From Oligoflexales bacterium (GTDB lineage Bacteria > Bdellovibrionota_B > Oligoflexia > Oligoflexales > Bog-1112): DNA of 20,444 nt. The stretch lies in contig JBGCDR010000204.1 of the NCBI GenBank assembly GCA_045105515.1, positions 1-20,444 on the forward strand, in the 5' to 3' direction. The notes under the pieces were generated by a model that saw nothing but the letters and a program-made list of their open reading frames with translations, searched no databases and was not told the DNA's origin. The position numbers and the translations under genes are program-made. This document shows, one piece after another, positions 1 through 7,734 of the stretch (position 1 is the first letter of the stretch; each line of letters starts with the position of its first letter).

Positions 1-34
1 TCACTTGTCTTTCCGGTAACATGAAAATAAACAT
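1..34 (-). CDS. Possible 5' end of a downstream gene running off the window
   Basis: GGAGG at 42-46 on the minus strand, followed by ATG at 34 (MFIFMLPERQV...), open to the window edge. Confidence 0.25.
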   Translation of the reverse strand, partial: MFIFMLPERQV

Positions 35-133
35 ATCAAGCCCTCCCAGAATTACGTTTGGGATCAGCTTATCAATATTTACATAATAATCATATAAAAT
101 AATAATATTAGCCGGTTAAAAAATTAGACAACT

Positions 134-580
134 CTATTGTAGCAACTCAACTAATTCAATCAGAGTTCCTTCAGGCGCTTTGCAAAAAGTTAATCTTGCA
201 TATCCATCAGGTGAAGGCTGTGGGGGAGCATAAAACTCTATTCCTTTGTCCGAGAATGAATTGTAAATATTATCTAAGTCTTCAACAGTAAATGCCAAAT
301 GAGAAATACCTATACTGCAGGCTTCATTGAAAAATTTTTCACGGGGATGGGACAAATAGTGGAGCAATTCAATCTGGCAGGAGCCATCTCTCGACATTTT
401 TACAGTTCTTACTTTTATACCTTTTAAGTTGAGTGTTTTATCGAGAAAAATACCACTTTCAATCTGATCTTTTCTTACCTCGTATCCGAATAAAGAATGA
501 TAAAATTTTATCGATTCCTCTATGTTATCTGTGACAATCCCAACATGGCGCAAATCTGTAATTGAAGAAGTGAGATCCAT
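134..580 (-). CDS. VOC (glyoxalase/bleomycin-resistance/methylmalonyl-CoA epimerase-like) family protein
   Basis: 148 aa with the four VOC metal-ligand motifs: LRHVGIVT, QIELLHY, ISHLAFTVED, GTLIELVE. Starts 3 nt after the aminotransferase stop. Confidence 0.85.
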   Translation of the reverse strand: MDLTSSITDLRHVGIVTDNIEESIKFYHSLFGYEVRKDQIESGIFLDKTLNLKGIKVRTVKMSRDGSCQIELLHYLSHPREKFFNEACSIGISHLAFTVEDLDNIYNSFSDKGIEFYAPPQPSPDGYARLTFCKAPEGTLIELVELLQ

Positions 581-583
581 TTT

Positions 584-1957
584 TTATTTTCTCCCGTTTA
601 TACAGTAATCAAGAGATTCTCGCAGAACAGTGAGGGATTCGACTAGTGCATCATCTGGAATATTTATTGGAGGACCTAGTTTAAAGGTTCCCGAGCATGT
701 TCGAATCGAACATACTCCTCGTAGCATAGCTTGCTCAATCGCTTTATCCACCAGCTCCACCTCAAGGTCACTGCTACCAGGCTTTTTCAAGAAGATTCCC
801 CAGACCGCCCCCTGTCCATAGTAAGAATCTATGTATTCACAATCTCGCGTCCAATCCGACAAAAAATTGGATATAATCTCTCCTTTTCGCCTAGAAGCGC
901 TGAGCAAGTCTTCATCATGAATAACATCAAGCACTGCGATCGATGCAGCCATACCAACAGGATTACCACCATGGGTGCTATTCAATGACGGATCTAAATT
1001 AAGGAGATGTTCAGGACCAATAACTGCCGATACCGGAATAGAAGAGGACAGTGCCTTACCGCAACAAATAAGATCCGGATTAACATCATACCAGTCAAAT
1101 CCAAAATATTTTCCAGTTCTTCCAAATCCAGCTTGCACTTCATCAAATGCTAGAAGACATTCATGGTCGATTGTCCATTGTCTTAGTGCAGAAATATAGT
1201 CTTTGGGAAAAAATATAGCACACCAACCTTGGTATGATTCCGCCATAAAACCTGCGATATCATCAATATTAAGCCCCTGATCATCGAAAACTTTACGTAT
1301 GCTGTAATGGAAAAATTCATGTCCGGACATTTTTAGATCTTTCAACACCCAAGGATACGGGTAAGGTAGGGTAACAAAATTTGGATTTTGGTACCCAATC
1401 CATGCTTTGCCACCATGTTTCCCTCCCAACATTTGAGATCCCATAGTCTTACCGTGGAAGGATCCTTCAAACCCTGCAATTATTTTCTTCTTGGGATTTA
1501 TTTTGGCTCCATTTATGGTCATGATCTTTATTGCAGCTTCGGTAGATTCCGAGCCTGTTGATAGAAATATTACCTGATTAAGCTTCTTGGGTGCAATGGA
1601 GGTGATTCTCTCTGCCAATTGATTGCGAATTTCTGTTGGGTAGTTATAGGCATTCAACAAACCCTGCTCAGCTGTCCGATTTATGGCAGCTGTCACTCTA
1701 GGATGAGCATGGCCAATATTGGCAACGAATATGGTTGAAGTTAAATCAATCCATTGATTTCCTGATCGGTCAAAAATTTTATACCCACTTGCCTTATCCC
1801 AAACTATCGGTAACTGATCATTCATTGAATTAGGCATAAGCTCGAAAGATTTTTTCAAAATATTAGCTATTTCAGCGCTTGGATAGGGGCTTTTAATGGT
1901 ACGATGTTTGGTATTTATAGGGGGCACTGATTTAGGTTCGATATCAAAAAAATGCAT
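584..1957 (-). CDS. Class III PLP-dependent aminotransferase (GabT/ArgD fold)
   Basis: Motifs WIDLTS..FVANIGHAHP, STGSESTEAA, FHGKT, FDEVQAGFGRTG, CGKALSS (PLP lysine), THGGNP. AGAGGA RBS upstream of the ATG. Confidence 0.9.
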   Translation of the reverse strand: MHFFDIEPKSVPPINTKHRTIKSPYPSAEIANILKKSFELMPNSMNDQLPIVWDKASGYKIFDRSGNQWIDLTSTIFVANIGHAHPRVTAAINRTAEQGLLNAYNYPTEIRNQLAERITSIAPKKLNQVIFLSTGSESTEAAIKIMTINGAKINPKKKIIAGFEGSFHGKTMGSQMLGGKHGGKAWIGYQNPNFVTLPYPYPWVLKDLKMSGHEFFHYSIRKVFDDQGLNIDDIAGFMAESYQGWCAIFFPKDYISALRQWTIDHECLLAFDEVQAGFGRTGKYFGFDWYDVNPDLICCGKALSSSIPVSAVIGPEHLLNLDPSLNSTHGGNPVGMAASIAVLDVIHDEDLLSASRRKGEIISNFLSDWTRDCEYIDSYYGQGAVWGIFLKKPGSSDLEVELVDKAIEQAMLRGVCSIRTCSGTFKLGPPINIPDDALVESLTVLRESLDYCINGRK

Positions 1958-2051
1958 TCGAAATCCTCTTGGATAATCTATTTGTTTTATGAGATAAAAT
2001 TTAATGAATATTTATGCTGAAAATCGATATTTCTATATATGAACTATACAC

Positions 2052-2843
2052 CTAGGTTTTTGGATTTGCTTCAAGATCTGATATTTTTGGCATTGCACCC
2101 CTTTTCGATTTGTTTTTTTTGTTCAAGAAAACCCGGATATCTCTTTCAAGATGATTCTTAATATGAAAATCTAAAAACTCAATATCATCTTCTTCGTCTA
2201 GCTCATAGGCACGTTCAGTTTCAAAAACCAAGACCCTATCCCCATGTAAAACTTTGCTCTCCTGGATTACTTTACTGCGCACTATATCTATGTATCCATT
2301 GGGTATATAGACATCCGGAAATTTTTGCCGCGGAGTATTAATATCTTCCAAAGAAAATTCTTGGGATATAGGACTTGCAAGCATTTGTCTGTTCTTCAGG
2401 AACCATTTGAAGGGGCTTTCGCTTGATTTGTGCGCTGACCGCAGAGAAGTGGCTGCTGGGTGCTGAGATAAATATTCAACAGCTTTATTCAAGGTTTTGG
2501 AGCATCGATTCGGTGTTGTAGGTCGCAAGTAAAGCCATAAGTCAGGTAAATTTCCTTCCTTCTCTGGGAACCAGTTGGTAACATGAGACATACATTCATA
2601 GTCGGTAGCGTTATTGCCAGATATCTCTTTTGGTCTCAAAAATGGCGTTTCAGCGCCATAAGAATTAGCCAAGCTTGCAAATTCCTGAGAATCCGTCGAC
2701 ACTATGATTCGTTCGATACAGGGTGTGCTCTTGGCAACTGCTATCGAATAGGCCATTAGAGGGTGACCATCAAAAGCTAATATGTTCTTATTGGGAATAG
2801 CGGTCGATCCGCTTCTGGCTGGAATAATCGCCCAAATGCTCAT
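2052..2843 (-). CDS. neuA: Acylneuraminate cytidylyltransferase family (CMP-ulosonate synthetase)
   Basis: AIIPARSGSTAIPNKNI, IVSTD, PFLRP, LRPTTP.R, NGYIDI and acidic ELDEEDD motif. GGAG RBS upstream. Confidence 0.9.
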   Translation of the reverse strand: MSIWAIIPARSGSTAIPNKNILAFDGHPLMAYSIAVAKSTPCIERIIVSTDSQEFASLANSYGAETPFLRPKEISGNNATDYECMSHVTNWFPEKEGNLPDLWLYLRPTTPNRCSKTLNKAVEYLSQHPAATSLRSAHKSSESPFKWFLKNRQMLASPISQEFSLEDINTPRQKFPDVYIPNGYIDIVRSKVIQESKVLHGDRVLVFETERAYELDEEDDIEFLDFHIKNHLERDIRVFLNKKNKSKRGAMPKISDLEANPKT

Positions 2844-2861
2844 GACATCTCCAAAGGCATT

Positions 2862-3641
2862 TTAATTAATTGAAATAGTCTGCCCACCATCTACATAAAA
2901 ATTAGACCCTGTTATAAAACTGCTGCGATCAGATGCTATAAATGCCACAACATCGCCAATCTCCCTAGGGTTTCCAAATCTCCCTAGTGGAACCTTTTCA
3001 TTCAACATACATTGAACCTTTTGTTTATCATCTCGCACTTTGGCTTCCCAGGTTCCACCGGGAAATAAAATGTTACCGGGTGATATGGTATTTACCCTTA
3101 TTCCCTTCGAGCCTAATTTTATTGCGAGATTTTTAGATAGTGAATTTATCGCTGATTTTGCCACTGAGTAGCCTGTCGGTGCACCTATAACTTCGGATCC
3201 AGCGATTGAGGAGACAAAAATTATGTTGCTGTTAGTTCGTTTTTCTAAATATGGCAACGAAAGTCTTACCGCATAAACCGCTGAATTCAAATTAGTTTGA
3301 AACGTGGATTCCCATGAATCTTCGTCCGGTAAAGCTTCAGAGGATGAAGTTCCAGAACCTACATTGCAGACTAATATATCGATTTTTCCAAAATGATTTG
3401 TAACTTGGTTTATCATATTTTTAACTTTTGTAGGACTTCTGAAGTCACTTTGAATAGCTAACAGAGCTTCTTGCCCAAATCTATTTACTAAATTGAACTC
3501 AGCTTTTTTCAGATGGTCTATATTTCTCCCGGTTATGACAACCTTGCATTTTTCAGTTAGTAGCGTCTCAGCTATGCCTAGGCCAATCCCTTTGGATGAG
3601 CCTGAAATTACGACAACTTTATCATTTAGTTTTAGGTCCAC
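2862..3641 (-). CDS. Classical SDR oxidoreductase
   Basis: GTG start preceded by GGAG. GSSKGIG Rossmann motif, SSIAG, catalytic YSVAK, RVNTISPG, SFITG..FYVDGG. Confidence 0.9.
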   Translation of the reverse strand: MDLKLNDKVVVISGSSKGIGLGIAETLLTEKCKVVITGRNIDHLKKAEFNLVNRFGQEALLAIQSDFRSPTKVKNMINQVTNHFGKIDILVCNVGSGTSSSEALPDEDSWESTFQTNLNSAVYAVRLSLPYLEKRTNSNIIFVSSIAGSEVIGAPTGYSVAKSAINSLSKNLAIKLGSKGIRVNTISPGNILFPGGTWEAKVRDDKQKVQCMLNEKVPLGRFGNPREIGDVVAFIASDRSSFITGSNFYVDGGQTISIN

Positions 3642-3849
3642 GGATGCTCCGCATGAGGATAGAAAATACGCGCTATTATCGTAGAAAGTTAAATACTTCC
3701 TGCATTTTCCAAGTTTATCATTTGCTATCTATGATGTCGAAGTAGATTTTTTGGCCGGGAGGTTTATAAACTTACGTTTATATTGCTTCGTTTAACGGTC
3801 AATTATTGATAAATTGAAAAAGCAATAATGAAATTTGAGGTATTTATTC

Positions 3850-4665
3850 ATGTTTAATTTAGAGCGAAAAGTAGCCGTAATAACTGGTGGAGCTGGTCTA
3901 CTTGGAAAAAAACATGCCGAGGCTTTACTGAGTTGTGGTGCGAAAGTAGTACTAGTAGATATTGAAGAAGCTCGTTTGGAAGCAGCGGTAGAAGAGATTG
4001 GAGATAAACACAACAAAAATATTTATACCCATGTTGTGGATATTACCTCGGAGTTGCAAGTACGGGACTTAAAGAACTGGTTAGTTTCAGATTTTAAAAG
4101 ATTTGATATTTTAATTAATAATGCAGCTATTAATCCAGCCGTTTCTAATACAGGTGCCATCAAAAATAGCAGTAGATTAGAAAATTTTGACCTAGATTCT
4201 TGGGATTTAGAAATGAGAGTTGGCTTGACAGGGGCTTTTCTCTGTTCGAAATACTTGGGCAGCATGATGGCTGAATGGAAGAGCGGAAGTATTATTAATG
4301 TCTCATCAGATCTAGGTATTATTGGCCCTAACCAAGAAATTTACAAAGAGGAGGGGCTCCATGATCGAGATCAGTCAGTAAAGCCGGTAACTTATTCTGT
4401 GATTAAATCTGGTTTAATTGGATTGACTAGGTATTTAGCAACCTACTGGGCAAGAAGTAATGTACGATGTAATGCAATTTGCCCTGGTGGCGTGTTTAAT
4501 AACCAGCCAGAAGATTTTGTAAACAGGTTATCAAAATTGATCCCTCTTGGTAGAATGGCATCTCTAGATGACTATAAGGGTGCAATTGTCTTTTTAAGCT
4601 CAGATGAATCTAGTTATATGACAGGTTCAACACTTATTGTAGATGGAGGCAGAACCTGTTGGTAA
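3850..4665 (+). CDS. SDR oxidoreductase, PtmA-like type found in nonulosonate clusters
   Basis: TGGAGLLG, NNAA, KPVTYSVIK (YxxxK), CPGGV..NQP, YMTG..LIVDGG. Start placed at ATG 3850 after GAGG at 3837-3840, rather than TTG 3835. Confidence 0.88.
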   Translation: MFNLERKVAVITGGAGLLGKKHAEALLSCGAKVVLVDIEEARLEAAVEEIGDKHNKNIYTHVVDITSELQVRDLKNWLVSDFKRFDILINNAAINPAVSNTGAIKNSSRLENFDLDSWDLEMRVGLTGAFLCSKYLGSMMAEWKSGSIINVSSDLGIIGPNQEIYKEEGLHDRDQSVKPVTYSVIKSGLIGLTRYLATYWARSNVRCNAICPGGVFNNQPEDFVNRLSKLIPLGRMASLDDYKGAIVFLSSDESSYMTGSTLIVDGGRTCW

Positions 4666-4670
4666 TGGGT

Positions 4671-5501
4671 TTAATGTATATTATCAAAAAAATTTAGTAC
4701 ATAATCCCTGTAATCGCACAATACTTCTTTATGATTGTTGTTGGTGGCTCTGGCTGTCTGTAAAATAAAGTCACTTTGGTAGTTTATGTTCTTAAGGCAT
4801 TTAAAAACTTGGCAAAAATCAGCATTCCCTTGTCCTAGCGGGACAGTTTCACCTCCTTTCAACCTATCTTTGATATGAACATGACAGATTCGATGACCGT
4901 AAGCTTGGATCTCTTCAGAAGGGGAGTACCCTAAAGAAGCACTATTACCAATGTCGTAAGTTATACCGAAAGAGTCAGCAGGGAGTTTGTCAATAAAATG
5001 TGCGAGTTTACTGGGCCCTAAGTCAGACTCAAAGGTGATTTTAACTCTTTTAAGTTTTAAAAAGTTATGTAATGAAAGCAATGTGTCAATTATAGTTTTT
5101 TCTTGATCGATATTTTCTACTTTCCCATTGTCAACTAAAGGGATTAGCAATTTCTCGATATTGATCTCAGATGCGGCGGAAATCACTGTTTTTAGGCAGT
5201 CGATTTTTTCCTGTCTGTAGACCCCCTTGTAGAAGGGATCTTGCATAAAGCAATCTCCAGTAATGGAGGATATTTTGATATTATTTTCTGACGATATTTC
5301 TCTTACTTTTTCTTTGCTTTCAAGAAGAGGGTTTTGATAAAGGCCGTCAATATCAAGCGTCCATTCCATTAGCTTGAAGCCACAAGCTTGTGCGATTGCA
5401 AATTCATTTTTCCAGAATTGTTTTGGAAAGCACTGGATTTTCCCGTCGATTATTGGCGATAAACGCCCTTGCATAAAACCAACTTTTTCTTTTAATTCCA
5501 T
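4671..5501 (-). CDS. Sugar-phosphate isomerase/epimerase, xylose-isomerase-like (AP endonuclease 2) TIM barrel
   Basis: GFMQGRLS N-terminus, ITFE, YDIGN, HVHIKDR, LGQGNADF, ILQTAR metal-site motifs. Confidence 0.82.
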   Translation of the reverse strand: MELKEKVGFMQGRLSPIIDGKIQCFPKQFWKNEFAIAQACGFKLMEWTLDIDGLYQNPLLESKEKVREISSENNIKISSITGDCFMQDPFYKGVYRQEKIDCLKTVISAASEINIEKLLIPLVDNGKVENIDQEKTIIDTLLSLHNFLKLKRVKITFESDLGPSKLAHFIDKLPADSFGITYDIGNSASLGYSPSEEIQAYGHRICHVHIKDRLKGGETVPLGQGNADFCQVFKCLKNINYQSDFILQTARATNNNHKEVLCDYRDYVLNFFDNIH

Positions 5502-5649
5502 TTTTTCACTCGCTTTTATTTGATATAAGATAAATTAAGATCATTGTCCTATTTGTATATTTAGCATATTTTTAGCTATCCTGAGGTGATGAACAACTTA
5601 TTTCTCAAGGGGATGAGCCTGGTGTGATTATTTTGACTTAGCGGCTACG

Positions 5650-5678
5650 TTGACTAACTATTGCGGATTTATTAGAAT
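5650..5678 (+). promoter_or_regulatory. Putative sigma70 promoter for the neuB operon
   Basis: TTGACT (5650-5655), 17 nt spacer, TAGAAT (5673-5678), about 40 nt before the start codon. AAAGGAG RBS at 5705-5711. Confidence 0.6.
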
Positions 5679-5717
5679 TGCAATGCTTAACCATATAAAA
5701 AATTAAAGGAGCAGATT

Positions 5718-6566
5718 TTGTCGGTATTTATTATCGCTGAAATAGGAATAAATCATAATGGTGATATTGATTTAGCTAAGCAGCTAATCGATCAATCAAA
5801 AAAAGCTGGCGCAAATGCTGTGAAGTTTCAAAAAAGAACTTTAGACCTAGTTTATGAAAAAAGTGAGTTGCAGAAAGACAGAGAAAGCCCATGGGGTACT
5901 ACCAATCGGGATCAAAAGCAGGGGTTGGAGTTTTCACTCGAAGAATACAAAGAGATTGATGCTTATTGCAAAGAAAATAACATCTGTTGGTTTGCATCAG
6001 CATGGGATTTGGAAAGTCAAAAGTTTCTTCAACAATTCGATTTACCGTATAACAAAATCGCTAGTGCAATGCTAACTCACAAAGATCTTTTGGAAATGGT
6101 TGCTCATGAAGGCAGGCATACCTTTATATCAACAGGTATGAGTACCCTTGAAGAAATTTCAGAAGCTGTAAATATTTTTAGAAAGATCAACTGTCCATTT
6201 GAACTAATGCACTGCAATAGTTCTTACCCCGCAAAGATTGAAGAGTTAAATTTAAGGTGTTTACAAACACTAGCTAGAAAATTTGACTGCAAAGTAGGAT
6301 ACAGTGGACATGAAACAGGTCTTCCAACAAGTGTCGCAGCCGTTGTACTGGGAGCAACATCTATAGAGCGTCATATTACATTAGACCGTTCTATGTACGG
6401 ATCTGATCAGTCAGCTTCAGTAGAGCCAGTAGGTTTTGAACGCATGGTTCGCGATATAAGAGCTGTGGAATCTGCCTTGGGTGATGGAGACAAAAAAGTT
6501 TATTCTAGTGAGGTGCCTTCATTGAATAAACTACGGAGAACAAAAGACTATGAAGCATCCATCTAA
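5718..6566 (+). CDS. neuB: N-acetylneuraminate synthase (NeuB) family PEP-dependent ulosonate synthase, short form without C-terminal AFL/SAF domain
   Basis: TTG start with strong RBS. FIIAEIGINHNGD, AVKFQKR, KIAS, ISTGMS, MHCNSSYP, GYSGHE, IERHITLDR..YGSDQ.AS. Only 282 aa. Confidence 0.92.
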   Translation: MSVFIIAEIGINHNGDIDLAKQLIDQSKKAGANAVKFQKRTLDLVYEKSELQKDRESPWGTTNRDQKQGLEFSLEEYKEIDAYCKENNICWFASAWDLESQKFLQQFDLPYNKIASAMLTHKDLLEMVAHEGRHTFISTGMSTLEEISEAVNIFRKINCPFELMHCNSSYPAKIEELNLRCLQTLARKFDCKVGYSGHETGLPTSVAAVVLGATSIERHITLDRSMYGSDQSASVEPVGFERMVRDIRAVESALGDGDKKVYSSEVPSLNKLRRTKDYEASI

Positions 6567-7713
6567 TGCACTCGATGGGAGGTTAGAGTATTTCTTTCTC
6601 AAAAATAAAAGTCTTCTTTGTATCGAGAAAGAAATTATACAAGGATATGAAGTATTATCTAGCTGTATTTCCAATGGTAATAAAATCATGACATGTGGAA
6701 ACGGGGGAAGTGCGGCAGATGCTAATCACATAGTGGGTGAATTAGTAAAAAGTTTTGCTATCAAAAGAGAGCTGCCTTGTAAAGATAAAGAAAAAATAAA
6801 AAGTAGCCTAACAAGTGAAGCGGATAATTTTATTCAAAATCTAGAAGGTGGAATTCCAGCCATTTCATTGATAGAAAATTCATCTTTCCTAACTGCATTC
6901 GCGAATGATATTAACTATGAATACGCAATAGCTCAAAGTTTGTATGTTCTAGGAAAGGAAAAAGACGTTCTAATTGCAATTTCTACCTCTGGAAATTCAC
7001 AAAATATTATTAATGCAGCGAAGCTTTGCCATGCATTTGGCATTAGGTGTATTGGTCTAACAGGAAACAGTGGCGGTAAATTGGCGGATATAGCAGATGT
7101 AGCTATCCAAGCTCCCTCCGAAAAAACACATGAGATACAAGAATTCCATCTTCCAATTTACCATTTTTGGTGCAGCTTGCTTGAACTTGAGTTTTTTCAT
7201 CCTGAGTTCGATAGAGGCTTTGATTTCTCTAATTATCAAAAAAGCATGCCTACTGAAAATATTAAATTAATGATTTTTGATTTTGATGGAGTCTTTACCG
7301 ACAACAAAGTATATTCCCTATCAGATGGAAATGAAGCTATAGTATGTGATAAAGCCGACAGCCTCGGGCTTAACTTTCTAAAAAAGGGAGGCATAAAGCC
7401 TTTAATAGTTTCCATGGAAACTAATGAAGTTGTCAAAAAGCGCTGTGAAAAAATGAGAGTTAGTTACTTTGTGGGGATTGATAACAAAATAGAAACAGTG
7501 AAAAAGATTGCCAAAGAACAAAATCTTAGACAGGATCAGATAGCTTATGTAGGCAATGATATTAATGACCTAGAAGCAATGGAATGGGTTACCATGCCCA
7601 TTGCAGTAGCTGATGCCCATCCTAAAATCAAGTCCGTTGCCAAATTCATATCTAGGAGAAAAGGTGGGCATGGCGCAGTCAGAGATGCGGTGGAATTTGT
7701 CTTAAATATTTAA
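6550..7713 (+). CDS. Fusion of GmhA-like SIS phosphosugar isomerase and KdsC-like HAD phosphatase
   Basis: N-terminal CGNGGSAADANH..GEL, AISTSGNS.N, GLTG..GG, IQE.H...H..C (GmhA). C-terminal IFDFDGVFTDN, YVGNDINDL, GGHGAVRD (KdsC-type HAD). One continuous ORF overlapping neuB by 17 nt. Confidence 0.88.
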   Translation: MKHPSNALDGRLEYFFLKNKSLLCIEKEIIQGYEVLSSCISNGNKIMTCGNGGSAADANHIVGELVKSFAIKRELPCKDKEKIKSSLTSEADNFIQNLEGGIPAISLIENSSFLTAFANDINYEYAIAQSLYVLGKEKDVLIAISTSGNSQNIINAAKLCHAFGIRCIGLTGNSGGKLADIADVAIQAPSEKTHEIQEFHLPIYHFWCSLLELEFFHPEFDRGFDFSNYQKSMPTENIKLMIFDFDGVFTDNKVYSLSDGNEAIVCDKADSLGLNFLKKGGIKPLIVSMETNEVVKKRCEKMRVSYFVGIDNKIETVKKIAKEQNLRQDQIAYVGNDINDLEAMEWVTMPIAVADAHPKIKSVAKFISRRKGGHGAVRDAVEFVLNI

Positions 7714-7734
7714 TAATTAGATTAAAACCCCTCC

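Noticed and set aside
6550..7200. Calling the SIS domain part of a standard ADP/GDP-heptose pathway
   Set aside because: No heptose kinase, nucleotidyltransferase or GmhB is in the window, and the fused HAD is KdsC-type. It cannot be excluded for genes outside the window.
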